From a virus (taxonomy: Duplodnaviria > Caudoviricetes): a stretch of 28,501 nt of DNA. The notes under the pieces are model-generated. The model made no database searches. It was not told where the DNA came from and was given only the letters and a program-made list of their open reading frames with translations. Below, piece by piece: positions 17,950 through 27,129 of the stretch (position 1 is its first letter; each line of letters begins with the position of its first letter). The stretch covers positions 1 to 28,501 of IMG/VR virus record IMGVR_UViG_3300020374_000023; one strand, given 5' to 3'. The position numbers and the translations under genes are program-made.

Positions 17950-19383
17950 CTACATTTCAATTATTAGTTTAATATCCTCAATCTGGTCAGCTGCCCTTGC
18001 AACTGCACCACGATTTTCTAAATAGACAATATCCCCAGAGTTTCTTGAAACTTCTGGATATGCACCACTTACACCACCACTTGAGATTGTTCCTTTTGAT
18101 GTCGAACCTACAAATATTGTATTAGCTGCACTAAAACTATTAAAGTTTCCAACTGAATCTGCACTTGGTAAGAAGTATATGTATCTATTTGTTGAGTCAA
18201 TTGATACAACTTTTCCTACAGCAGTTCCAGATGTAATGGAAGCTGCATTTGCAATAGTGTCATCAACTACTGGCATTGTTGCACCAGAGTCTAATGTAAT
18301 TCTATTTAATGCACTTAATGTAGTTGCACTTGATAAAGTATTACCACCAGCATCTGTTGGATTTACTATCAATCCTATTTGTCTGAAATCGTTATCTGTT
18401 GGGAAGTCACCAGAACCTTCTGCATACTCTAATCTTGAGTTTGCAATAACATAGTTTCCACCTAGTTCTTCCACTGGGTCTGCACCATGTCCATTCTTAG
18501 GACTAATGATTATATCAAATGATGCACCTGTTCCTGTAGAACTTGTTGCAGTTTGAAGTAAACTGTTGTCTATACTTGCAACTGAGTAACCAGAACCTAC
18601 TGCATTTATTGCTACTGCTGTAATTGCACCAGAAGATACTGTTACTGTTAATTGTCCACTTGCACCATCTCCACTGATTGCAACATTATATGTTCCATCT
18701 GAACCATAAGAAGAACCACCTGCTGTGACTCTTGCATGTTCTATAGTTCCATCTGTTGCACCATTCTCTACATCCCATTGTGCAGAGTTATCATCTGAAG
18801 CTGCAGTTCCTAGTCCACCCACATCACCTTCAACAGCTGCTTTTGCACCAATAGTTTTTACTGGTATAAAATCAGATGTTACAAATTTAATAACATCGGA
18901 TGCAGATATTGAATACATAAATTTCCATTTGTATCCATCTGCTGTTGTTAAGATTGATGTTGAAGTACCTGTAGGCATTACTGTTGAGTTTGCACCACCA
19001 TTGTTTGAGATTACTTTATATACATTGTAATCACTGGTAACAACATAGAATGTTGATGCCCATAAAGTTGATGCACCACTAGTTGCAGTGTTGCTTGAAG
19101 TATAATTATGACGATACTCGTCATATGCTGTGCCTGATGTCCAGTCTCTTCGGATAATGGCATGACTTACATCTGTAGATGAAACTTTCTTCAAAGCAAC
19201 CATATTTGCATATGCATCATACTCATCATTTAGAGAGTCTACTGGAGTAGGCGGGTTGTTATCATCTGTCCAAGACAATGGTCTTCCAATAAACATATAC
19301 ATTGCATTACCAGATTCGGTTGCACTTTGTTTGAATTCCTTTGCATTGTGGAGACGAAATTTTTCGGTAATTATCGCTGCCAT
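17950..19383 (-). CDS. gp8: Baseplate wedge subunit gp8
   Basis: MAAIITEKFRLHNA, YMFIGRPxSW, IRRDWTSG, YNVYKVISN, DGYKWKFMYSI, GHGADPVEELG, DFRQIGLIVNP, SGDIVYLENR and QIEDIKLIIEM motifs; synteny gp6-gp7-gp8. Confidence 0.9.
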   Translation of the reverse strand: MAAIITEKFRLHNAKEFKQSATESGNAMYMFIGRPLSWTDDNNPPTPVDSLNDEYDAYANMVALKKVSSTDVSHAIIRRDWTSGTAYDEYRHNYTSSNTATSGASTLWASTFYVVTSDYNVYKVISNNGGANSTVMPTGTSTSILTTADGYKWKFMYSISASDVIKFVTSDFIPVKTIGAKAAVEGDVGGLGTAASDDNSAQWDVENGATDGTIEHARVTAGGSSYGSDGTYNVAISGDGASGQLTVTVSSGAITAVAINAVGSGYSVASIDNSLLQTATSSTGTGASFDIIISPKNGHGADPVEELGGNYVIANSRLEYAEGSGDFPTDNDFRQIGLIVNPTDAGGNTLSSATTLSALNRITLDSGATMPVVDDTIANAASITSGTAVGKVVSIDSTNRYIYFLPSADSVGNFNSFSAANTIFVGSTSKGTISSGGVSGAYPEVSRNSGDIVYLENRGAVARAADQIEDIKLIIEM

Positions 19384-19423
19384 TTTATCCTTTCCTCTAA
19401 GTTAAAAAATTAATACTAGTAAG

Positions 19424-19441
19424 TATTTATATGTATTTATA
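19424..19441 (-). promoter_or_regulatory. Two tandem perfect T4 late promoter boxes (TATAAATA x2)
   Basis: TATTTATA at 19424-19431 and 19434-19441 on the plus strand, upstream of gp8. The distal box overlaps the gp7 stop codon. Confidence 0.75.
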
Positions 19442-22400
19442 CACCAGATTGTATAGAAGCTGGGTAATTTAATATCATTGTCCTACCTACATGTTCCTGT
19501 AAATCAGAAACACTTTCTTTTGGATATAAAGTACTTATATCACTAATTTTAACACCTTCGTAAGGTGATTCTACAAGCATTCTACCTGCTTCATTCTCCA
19601 TAAGAATATTATCACCATCTTCCTGTGTTATTCTTTCTTCAAACTTAAGTGTTTGAGAGAAACTTATTTTTGCAAGGTCACCTAGTGTTGGGCCAAGTCT
19701 TTCAACTGGTTCACCAAATGATACTGCGTTTTCTTGGATTAGTCTACTATCATCTTCGAAGACAAGTGTGTCTTGTTCTTCGGTTTTCATAAAGTATGAA
19801 CCCAAGTTAAATGACCTTTCAGTCACAAATCTTTCATGTTTTTCTAAATCTGTTGCATCTTCTAATGCAAGTCTATTACCATCTTCCAGAGTTAATTCTT
19901 CGGTTGGGTCTACTGACCATAAATCTCCAATATAATATTTACCATCTGTAGTAGTGTATGAATTATATCTTTCTGGTTCTGGTTCTGCCATTAAGAATCC
20001 ATGGTCTATCTCTTCTATTAGATAGTAACCATCTTCTGTTACAATAAATTCTTCATCTACATTTGCAACTGAGTTAATTCTTTTTGCATCGGATGGAACT
20101 AAATGATTACTATTTCCTGTTGCAAGGTTATTGATTATAGAATCTCTAGTTGCACTCTTAATTGTTTCACCCCAATCTAATCCACCTGTTTGTAATATAG
20201 TAGTTGTTGCACCACTTCCTCTTAATCCTTGTTGATTTAAATCTTCTTTAGATATTGGAACTACTGTTAATGTTCTACCAGATTTAGTATTTGCACTTGC
20301 AAATGTTTTTAAAATTGTAATGTTCTTTCTTTGTTGTCTGTTTGCACCTTCATAGAATTCAGATGTTAAATGTGAAGCTGCATTTGGGTCAACACTTGTT
20401 GCTGGTCTACTTGGAACTGATACTGGAGAGTTATGTCCTATGTCAACTTTTACTATTCCTTCATTGACATGATGTTCTTCTACTGTCGTTGCAGTAAAGT
20501 GTGTTGTTCCACCAGACTCATTTGTAATTGCTTCAGTTGTAAAACTTCCTAAATTTGCACCAAGTGAATCTGCAGCTTCCCAAACAATAATAAACTTATT
20601 GACTGTATCGTGTTCCATAACACGACCTAACTTACCAGATGATGAACCTTTAACTGTTTGACCTATTGTAATTGCATTGTTTAATGTGGTATAATAAATT
20701 CTAGTATGTGCATAGTGTGGTAGTATTTCTAATTCTTTTATAACTTGATGACCATGTGCAGTTACATTTGCACGAATAATCCTATCGTATAATCCTACAT
20801 CGGATTCTGTAATATCTTCTCCAACAATAAATGCTTGTCCAGAACCTTGGTCAGTTTTAACACTTGCATCTGCAACTACATTAACAATTGCTTTTGAACC
20901 AGACGATGCACCAACAATACCATGTACAAACTCTATGTCTGTATCTGACTGGTCTGTTTTCCAATCACCATGAGTTTCCATAAACAAACCAACGACACCT
21001 GCTCTTCCATCTTCGGAAGTTAATTGTTTCATTGCAGTATGGTCTGGTCTAATTTGGTCGATAACTAATGTTGTAGAATTACTTGAAACAACTCTACCTG
21101 TAATTGTCCCTATATCTCCACTTGCAGTTTTAAATAAATTCTGTGATACTGTTTCACCAACTGTAAATGAGGTTGAACCTGCTGGTGACATATCTGTTGT
21201 GCTAACTGTCAATGATAATCTATCGTCTGCAATAAATCTTTCTGTTACTGCAACACCTTCTCCAGATTCTAATATTATATTTTGTTCTTCTGCATAGAAT
21301 ACATCTTCTTCTCCAGATGCAACTGTTCCTTCTTCTAGAATAATTTTTGCTGGGTCAATTTTAGAACCAATATAAAGTGTTGGAATAAATGACCTTGTAA
21401 CTCTATCACCATCAAATCCTTCGGTATTAGAACCAGCACGATATGTTTCTGCACTACCATCTATCTTATTAGTGATTGCAACTTCACCAAAGAATATTGT
21501 TCCAGCTGGATTTAGTAATTGTTGAACTACTGAACGATAGTTATTAATACTTTGACCAACTTTAATTACATATGAGAAGTCTTGATAGAACTTAGAGTCT
21601 TGAATTCTTTGTGCAGTTACAGATGGAAAACCTACATCACTTGTATAGTTTCCATCTACTTTAGATGTTGAACTGTTTATTGCACTTACTGTTGCTGGAT
21701 TTCCTTCTAATATGCTAAAAGTTTTTCCATCGGATACTGTAACATGTTCTCCTATTTTAAAGAATCCTGTAATGTCTTCTAATGAAATAACTCCAGTATC
21801 ACCATTAAATGATTTTATTGTTGCAGTTGCATTACTAATACTACCAGTAACAGTTGCACCAGCAACTGGGTTTGCACTTATTCTACCTATTAAAAAATGA
21901 TGACTAAAGTCTGGAATACCTTGTGATTTATCAAAATGATTTCCAGATTCTATAACTCTTAATTTTCCTATTGAACCAATTGAATCACCATATGGTAAAA
22001 GTCTTGCACCAACTCCTGTAGTGAAACTATTCTGTTTAACTGTTGCAGTTGCACCAGATGATGAACCTGTAACTGTATCACCTACATCAAATGTTGTAGT
22101 ATCTGTTGTAGTTTGTAGTTTTGCAATGACAAGTTTGTTTGCACCTTTATCATGGTCAACTAATCTTCCTGTTGTAGTTCCAGATGTGACTGTTTCTCCA
22201 ATTGTAAAATTAGGTGTAGTTGTTTCTGAATAGAATACTTCACCACCCACAAATGCTTGTGGAAGTGAGGTATACCCAATACCACTTGTTGTTACTCTAA
22301 CTCTTGAAATTGCACCAGTTGGGTTTGCACCAGATTGGTCATAAAGTAATTTGTTTTCTCCTGTTGACTGTAATCCATCCTCTAAAATTAAAGTTGTTTC

Positions 22401-24257
22401 TTCTGGTTCTGCAAATACTTCTATTATTGTTCCAGCTTGACCAACATAATTTGCATGGGAACTGTTTGCATAAGTTCCTGTAAAGACAATAGAGTTTCCA
22501 TTAAGTCCTACATTTGCACTTCCTCTTACTTCTTCAAATACTGAGAATGAAACACTACCACCTTGAGCTGCAATATTTTGAGTTGCATCAGCTCTTTTAA
22601 CTCTGACTATAACTTTATCTGGGTCATAAACTAATAAACTATTATGGTTGTCTCGTCCAGAAAATGTAGTTTGGTTTGCAGCTGCAGTAAATTCAAATGA
22701 ACCAAATGTTGTTCCAGACTCTAAAAGTATGTCTCCAGAAATAGATGTAACTACACCCTGTGCAAGTGTTCCACCACTTCCTGTGTTATCAAAGACTACT
22801 ATGTCTCCATCATTATATCCTGTTCCTCTTACATCTGGGTCTACTATAATCTTTTCTATTTTTCCATCTTCAACATTACCTATTAATGTTTTTGCAAATT
22901 GTCCTACACCAAGTTCTGATTGTGGTAAATTAACTACAACATTTTCTGATTGTGAATACAATGCACCAGTGGATATTTCTTCTGATTTCATTGCACCACC
23001 AATTGCAGCTTCTGAATTTACAGTGTTTACTGTTTCTCTAACCATGATAGGTGTTTTACCATGAACTTCGTTTATACTATTATCTGATTGTGTTCCTTCC
23101 TCTAGAAGAATAAGATTGTTTGTTCCAGTAACTAAGTTTGCTGTTGCAGTTTCTAATTGAAATCCTTCTGAGTCATCTGATTCTGCTGAAACAAATCCTG
23201 TTCCAGATTCTTGTTTAATAAGAACTCCACCACTTGTTTCATCCATATCGGAAACAATACCTCTAACTGTTGCAAGATGGAATTTAAGTGGATTTTCTCT
23301 TGATTGTAATTCTACTGTGTCACCTATTGATAAACTTCCAATGTAGGGCTCCATGATTACCACTTGGTAAACATTGTCTCCTTCCCCACTTGTTATTCTT
23401 GTAATTGTATCTGCTTGAATATCGGTGACTACTTTTTGTTCGATATTTCTTTTTATTATTTTACCCTGTGAGTATTCAAGTAGATTTTTTTCTGAATGTA
23501 AATTTAATACTGTTGATTCTGTCCATTTAGAATCAGATGGTTTTATCATGTTATCTCTAGGATAACTAACTTCTATATCTTCGTTATATAATACTCTGAA
23601 TAAGAAATCATATGATGCCATACTACCTTTTGAAAGATAGATGTTATTAATGTGTTTTGCAAGTAATCTCTTATCTGCAATTATTTTTGAATCAATTGTA
23701 GGCATGAAGTCTCTTCGGAAATATTCCAAAAAGTCTCCTGTAGTTTTATCTACATCTGCATAATCTAATAAATTATTTGCAGCGAATAATGCACCACCTT
23801 CAAATGAATTAACTTTTGCAGTGTATCCACTATTCTGACCAATAATCGTTTCTTCTGGTAAAAATTGTGCTTCGGTAAATGTCTCTACATAAAGTTTGTT
23901 ATCTACAGTTGCAAGAACATCAATTCTTGCAGTTGCACCAGATGTAGAACCAACGACATATTCACCTATCTCCCAAGACCCTGTTTGTGTTTGACCTACA
24001 GTGTTTTGTTCGAATAATAATTTTGCTTTGTCTAAAGGTGATGGAGAGAAGGTTTTAGTCTCTTGCAAGACTGCCCCTTCTCCATCTTCTAATCCTATTG
24101 TCTCAAGGTCTGTGCCTTGTTCAAAGATAAGAATACCTTTCTCTAAGAAATCAAAGTATGCAGTTATAAACTGTTTAAACCCTTGTCCTTCCTCATTCAT
24201 GTACTCTGGTAAGAGTTCATGTAATTGGTCGGTTATTCTATCATTGAGAATTGGCAT
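19437..24257 (-). CDS. gp7: Baseplate wedge initiator gp7-like, expanded (1606 aa)
   Basis: LPEY...FKQFITAYFDFLE, KHINNIYLSKGSxASYxFLFRVLYNE...YPRDNMIKPSDSKW and RIQDSKFYQDFSYVIK...LLNPAGTIFFG motifs; lies between gp6 and gp8. Confidence 0.8.
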   Translation of the reverse strand: MPILNDRITDQLHELLPEYMNEEGQGFKQFITAYFDFLEKGILIFEQGTDLETIGLEDGEGAVLQETKTFSPSPLDKAKLLFEQNTVGQTQTGSWEIGEYVVGSTSGATARIDVLATVDNKLYVETFTEAQFLPEETIIGQNSGYTAKVNSFEGGALFAANNLLDYADVDKTTGDFLEYFRRDFMPTIDSKIIADKRLLAKHINNIYLSKGSMASYDFLFRVLYNEDIEVSYPRDNMIKPSDSKWTESTVLNLHSEKNLLEYSQGKIIKRNIEQKVVTDIQADTITRITSGEGDNVYQVVIMEPYIGSLSIGDTVELQSRENPLKFHLATVRGIVSDMDETSGGVLIKQESGTGFVSAESDDSEGFQLETATANLVTGTNNLILLEEGTQSDNSINEVHGKTPIMVRETVNTVNSEAAIGGAMKSEEISTGALYSQSENVVVNLPQSELGVGQFAKTLIGNVEDGKIEKIIVDPDVRGTGYNDGDIVVFDNTGSGGTLAQGVVTSISGDILLESGTTFGSFEFTAAANQTTFSGRDNHNSLLVYDPDKVIVRVKRADATQNIAAQGGSVSFSVFEEVRGSANVGLNGNSIVFTGTYANSSHANYVGQAGTIIEVFAEPEETTLILEDGLQSTGENKLLYDQSGANPTGAISRVRVTTSGIGYTSLPQAFVGGEVFYSETTTPNFTIGETVTSGTTTGRLVDHDKGANKLVIAKLQTTTDTTTFDVGDTVTGSSSGATATVKQNSFTTGVGARLLPYGDSIGSIGKLRVIESGNHFDKSQGIPDFSHHFLIGRISANPVAGATVTGSISNATATIKSFNGDTGVISLEDITGFFKIGEHVTVSDGKTFSILEGNPATVSAINSSTSKVDGNYTSDVGFPSVTAQRIQDSKFYQDFSYVIKVGQSINNYRSVVQQLLNPAGTIFFGEVAITNKIDGSAETYRAGSNTEGFDGDRVTRSFIPTLYIGSKIDPAKIILEEGTVASGEEDVFYAEEQNIILESGEGVAVTERFIADDRLSLTVSTTDMSPAGSTSFTVGETVSQNLFKTASGDIGTITGRVVSSNSTTLVIDQIRPDHTAMKQLTSEDGRAGVVGLFMETHGDWKTDQSDTDIEFVHGIVGASSGSKAIVNVVADASVKTDQGSGQAFIVGEDITESDVGLYDRIIRANVTAHGHQVIKELEILPHYAHTRIYYTTLNNAITIGQTVKGSSSGKLGRVMEHDTVNKFIIVWEAADSLGANLGSFTTEAITNESGGTTHFTATTVEEHHVNEGIVKVDIGHNSPVSVPSRPATSVDPNAASHLTSEFYEGANRQQRKNITILKTFASANTKSGRTLTVVPISKEDLNQQGLRGSGATTTILQTGGLDWGETIKSATRDSIINNLATGNSNHLVPSDAKRINSVANVDEEFIVTEDGYYLIEEIDHGFLMAEPEPERYNSYTTTDGKYYIGDLWSVDPTEELTLEDGNRLALEDATDLEKHERFVTERSFNLGSYFMKTEEQDTLVFEDDSRLIQENAVSFGEPVERLGPTLGDLAKISFSQTLKFEERITQEDGDNILMENEAGRMLVESPYEGVKISDISTLYPKESVSDLQEHVGRTMILNYPASIQSGV

Positions 24258-24267
24258 TTAATTATCC

Positions 24268-24735
24268 TTATGCAACAGTGTATGAATTACCACCTAAAAC
24301 AATCCAACCATATGTTGAACCAGTATACAACATTTGTACACTGTCACCAGCACTATCAAGTGCTACATATGACCCACCAGTAAATGTGCCTGATGGAGTG
24401 ATTCGTGGAGAACTTCCACCATCACTTACTAACACAAAATACTTGACTTGTCCTGTAGAACCATTTCCTAAAGTTAGGATATCAGTTCCACTTGAACTTG
24501 ATGTTAAGTAGTGTGCAAACTTACCTACTGTTGCAGTTGCAGCGTTACCACTGAAAGATACAGCTTCTGCTGATTGTGCAAATCCAAGATAGTCTGGAAG
24601 GTTGTTTAAAACATTACTGACTGAAACCTTTTTGTTTACTGGAGTTCCAGATGGGTCGTCAATAACATGAAGCAAGTCTTCACCTGCTATACCAGTCCCT
24701 AAATCTGATAGGGCCGTTACTTTTTTATCTGCCAT
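24268..24735 (-). CDS. Small virion structural protein (MADKKVTAL / KISxL-type N-terminus)
   Basis: [12 protein letters not shown]...[22 protein letters not shown]-terminus and a C-terminal beta domain ([10 protein letters not shown]...[12 protein letters not shown]...WIVLG). Strong SD GAGG. Confidence 0.75.
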   Translation of the reverse strand: MADKKVTALSDLGTGIAGEDLLHVIDDPSGTPVNKKVSVSNVLNNLPDYLGFAQSAEAVSFSGNAATATVGKFAHYLTSSSSGTDILTLGNGSTGQVKYFVLVSDGGSSPRITPSGTFTGGSYVALDSAGDSVQMLYTGSTYGWIVLGGNSYTVA

Positions 24736-24764
24736 TTTAGTTTCCTCTCTAATTAAGCATTGTT

Positions 24765-24809
24765 AAAACCCACACCATGTGGGAATTCTACTTCATGCAT
24801 ACACATGAA
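24765..24809 (-). terminator. Two tandem hairpins between gp6 and the 155-aa gene; the second is terminator-like
   Basis: Minus strand: TTCATG-TGTATG-CATGAA (24809-24792), then CCCACA-TGG-TGTGGG (24783-24769) followed by TTTT. Confidence 0.45.
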
Positions 24810-24816
24810 TCATAGT

Positions 24817-26688
24817 TTAGGAGTAACTAGACGAGGATGTATATCCCACCCCAGCACTCGTATCACCAGATGCAATGGTGTCTGTTGCACCAGTCACATC
24901 AATCAATGACGAGTTTATATCTAGAAGATTACTTCTAAATGCAACACTGTCATATGAATTCGGTTTCACTGTAAAGTGAATTGTATCATCGGTATTAATT
25001 GTTGAAAGTATATTAATACCTGTTGTTGTAATTTTTCCATTTGAATAGTCTACTGTTCCTGCTTGACTATCTGCATAAATTCTTTCTGCACCACTAAATG
25101 AATATCGTCTTAGATTTCCATTTCCATCGTCATCATAGTAGAAGGTATCGGTAAATCCAGATACTAAGAAGCCACTGGTTTCTATTATACCACCACCAGC
25201 TTTGTTGTGACCACTATGAGGATTGTAAAGGGCATTACCACCACCAAAGTCGATAGTGTATCCTTTACTTTGATTGAAAGTAGGACTAATTGTTTTTCTA
25301 AGTTTGACAGTTGTGATATTCGAAAGAATCGAGGATTCTGCACTGTCTATGTCTTTCGCTAGAACTGAGTGCCTAAAGATACCATCAAACCCACTTAAAT
25401 AAGTGCTGTCGTGTGTAATGATTGCAGCTCTTACAAGTGTTTCTAGTTCAGATACAGTCTTTGTTGTTGCTTTAGGATTGTACTTAAAGTTAGTAGTCAC
25501 TAAAATGTCTATGACATCTGCATCAATCAATTCTGGTCTGACTGTTAACATATTTAGTGTTTTTAGTTTTTGTTTTAATAAAGTTTTCTCAGAACTAGTT
25601 AATTTATTAACTGTCTGTGAAGGTTTAATTGCAATGAATATCTTTCCATACTGTGGTGGGTCATTATCTTCTCCACCCCAGACTGAGATAGAATCTGCGC
25701 CTGGATATAAAGTTTGTAGTTTAGATTTGTAATCGTCTACTGTGACTAATCTATTTTGTGAAGTGTAAAACTTAGAAGCTGCAAACTTAATTGAATCAAT
25801 AGATTCTTTATCTTTACCACCACTTGAATTTGTTTTAGTTATTAAAGTTACATCTGTGTTACCACCAACTGAATCTGTCATGGTAAATGAAGATGAACCA
25901 TCGGTATGATTTTCATTTGTTACTAGATATGAGATTGTAATTGTATCTCCATCTAAAGGTTCTGCACTGACAACACCATCACCAAAGTAAACTTCAAATA
26001 ATCCTTGGTCATTTTCTTGCACATACCACACTTTGCTATTTGAATTTACTGCACTAATATCAGTTGATTGTGACCATGCAGAAGATGAACCACCTGTTGA
26101 TTGCACTGTAACTGTAATACTAGATGTATCTACGAGTTCTTCTGTAAGTGGGAATCTTTGATTTTGTATTTGACCATTGTATGCAAAGATATCAGAGTTC
26201 ATAGTTCCTTGATATATTTCAAGATTCTCAAATTTAAAAACATTATTTAAAGGTGTAATGGTTTGTGATTCTAATAATACATATGGATAATTAAATCCAT
26301 CGTAAACTGTTTTAAATTTATGTCCTCTATTAAGAGTTAATGATGTAGGAGTCTCACCACCAATCAAAGGATTATTAATTTGTAAATCTATGGTTGCCAT
26401 TGAGGCAGTTGCACTTGTTGGTGTGTATCCTATTTCTTTTGCACGAGATACTACATTCTTTCTTATTTGTGCAGTATCTAAAAACAATTCAGATGCAACC
26501 ATGTTTGCATTGAACGCTGAGACATGAGAACTATATGCAAGAAGGTCAATTAATATACTAATATTACTTCCTTCAAAGTCATAGTCTTTAAGAGTCGATT
26601 GACCCTTTAAATAGTTTTTTAAATTTTTTGCAATATCATCGAAATCTAAATCGGTGATATTGACTTGGGAGCTTTTTACTGTTGCCAT
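24817..26688 (-). CDS. gp6: Baseplate wedge subunit gp6
   Basis: LDFDDIAKNLKNYL...DYDFEGSNISILIDLLAY...ELFLDTAQIRKNVVSRAKEIGYTP, FGDGV, SQNRLVTVDDY and WGGEDNDPPQYGKIFIAIKP; classic gp6/baseplate J. Confidence 0.95.
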   Translation of the reverse strand: MATVKSSQVNITDLDFDDIAKNLKNYLKGQSTLKDYDFEGSNISILIDLLAYSSHVSAFNANMVASELFLDTAQIRKNVVSRAKEIGYTPTSATASMATIDLQINNPLIGGETPTSLTLNRGHKFKTVYDGFNYPYVLLESQTITPLNNVFKFENLEIYQGTMNSDIFAYNGQIQNQRFPLTEELVDTSSITVTVQSTGGSSSAWSQSTDISAVNSNSKVWYVQENDQGLFEVYFGDGVVSAEPLDGDTITISYLVTNENHTDGSSSFTMTDSVGGNTDVTLITKTNSSGGKDKESIDSIKFAASKFYTSQNRLVTVDDYKSKLQTLYPGADSISVWGGEDNDPPQYGKIFIAIKPSQTVNKLTSSEKTLLKQKLKTLNMLTVRPELIDADVIDILVTTNFKYNPKATTKTVSELETLVRAAIITHDSTYLSGFDGIFRHSVLAKDIDSAESSILSNITTVKLRKTISPTFNQSKGYTIDFGGGNALYNPHSGHNKAGGGIIETSGFLVSGFTDTFYYDDDGNGNLRRYSFSGAERIYADSQAGTVDYSNGKITTTGINILSTINTDDTIHFTVKPNSYDSVAFRSNLLDINSSLIDVTGATDTIASGDTSAGVGYTSSSSYS

Positions 26689-27107
26689 TATCGTACTCTC
26701 TGTAATATTACTTCTACTTCTTGGGGTTCTACTACACCTCTAATTCCATAATGTAAATTTATAAACATATTATTAGACCTGTCTTCGTTTAAATATATTG
26801 TGTCTATTTTAACCCTAGGTTCATAAGCTTCTATTGCTTCTGTTATTTGTTTTCTTATTTCAAATTTAGTGACATCATCTGCAAGTTCAAACAAAAGACC
26901 TCTTAAGTTTGCACCAAAGTTTGGTCTGAAAGGTCTTTCATAATTATTAGTTAACATGATATTTCTTAGTGACCTTTTAATTGCATCCTTATCATACTTA
27001 AGAGTCAAGTCTTTAGAAGAAGGATGTGGAGTCAGATTTAAATCAATATCTGTATACCACTTTCTTGCAGTTATCTTGTTTTGATTCTTGTAATAATTAT
27101 CACTCAT
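26688..27107 (-). CDS. gp25: Baseplate wedge subunit gp25 (sheath initiator)
   Basis: YTDIDLNL...AIKRSLRNIMLTxxYERPFRPNFGANL...IEAYEPRV GPW/gp25 signature; TAATG overlap with gp6. Confidence 0.93.
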   Translation of the reverse strand: MSDNYYKNQNKITARKWYTDIDLNLTPHPSSKDLTLKYDKDAIKRSLRNIMLTNNYERPFRPNFGANLRGLLFELADDVTKFEIRKQITEAIEAYEPRVKIDTIYLNEDRSNNMFINLHYGIRGVVEPQEVEVILQRVR

Positions 27108-27112
27108 ACTAT

Positions 27113-27120
27113 TATTTATG
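27113..27120 (-). promoter_or_regulatory. T4-type late promoter box (CATAAATA) 5 nt upstream of the gp25 ATG
   Basis: Minus strand reads CATAAATA-ATAGT-ATG in the 22-nt intergenic gap. Confidence 0.65.
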
Positions 27121-27129
27121 CACCATTAC

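Noticed and set aside
19412-19427. AATACT/AGTATT inverted repeat near the gp8 promoters
   Set aside because: Only 6 AT-rich base pairs and it does not cover the SD; likely chance.
11519-24257. Inteins, introns or alternative genetic code in the very long genes
   Set aside because: The ORFs are uninterrupted in the standard code, and no intein splice or homing endonuclease motifs were recognised; their length is explained by repeated structural modules.
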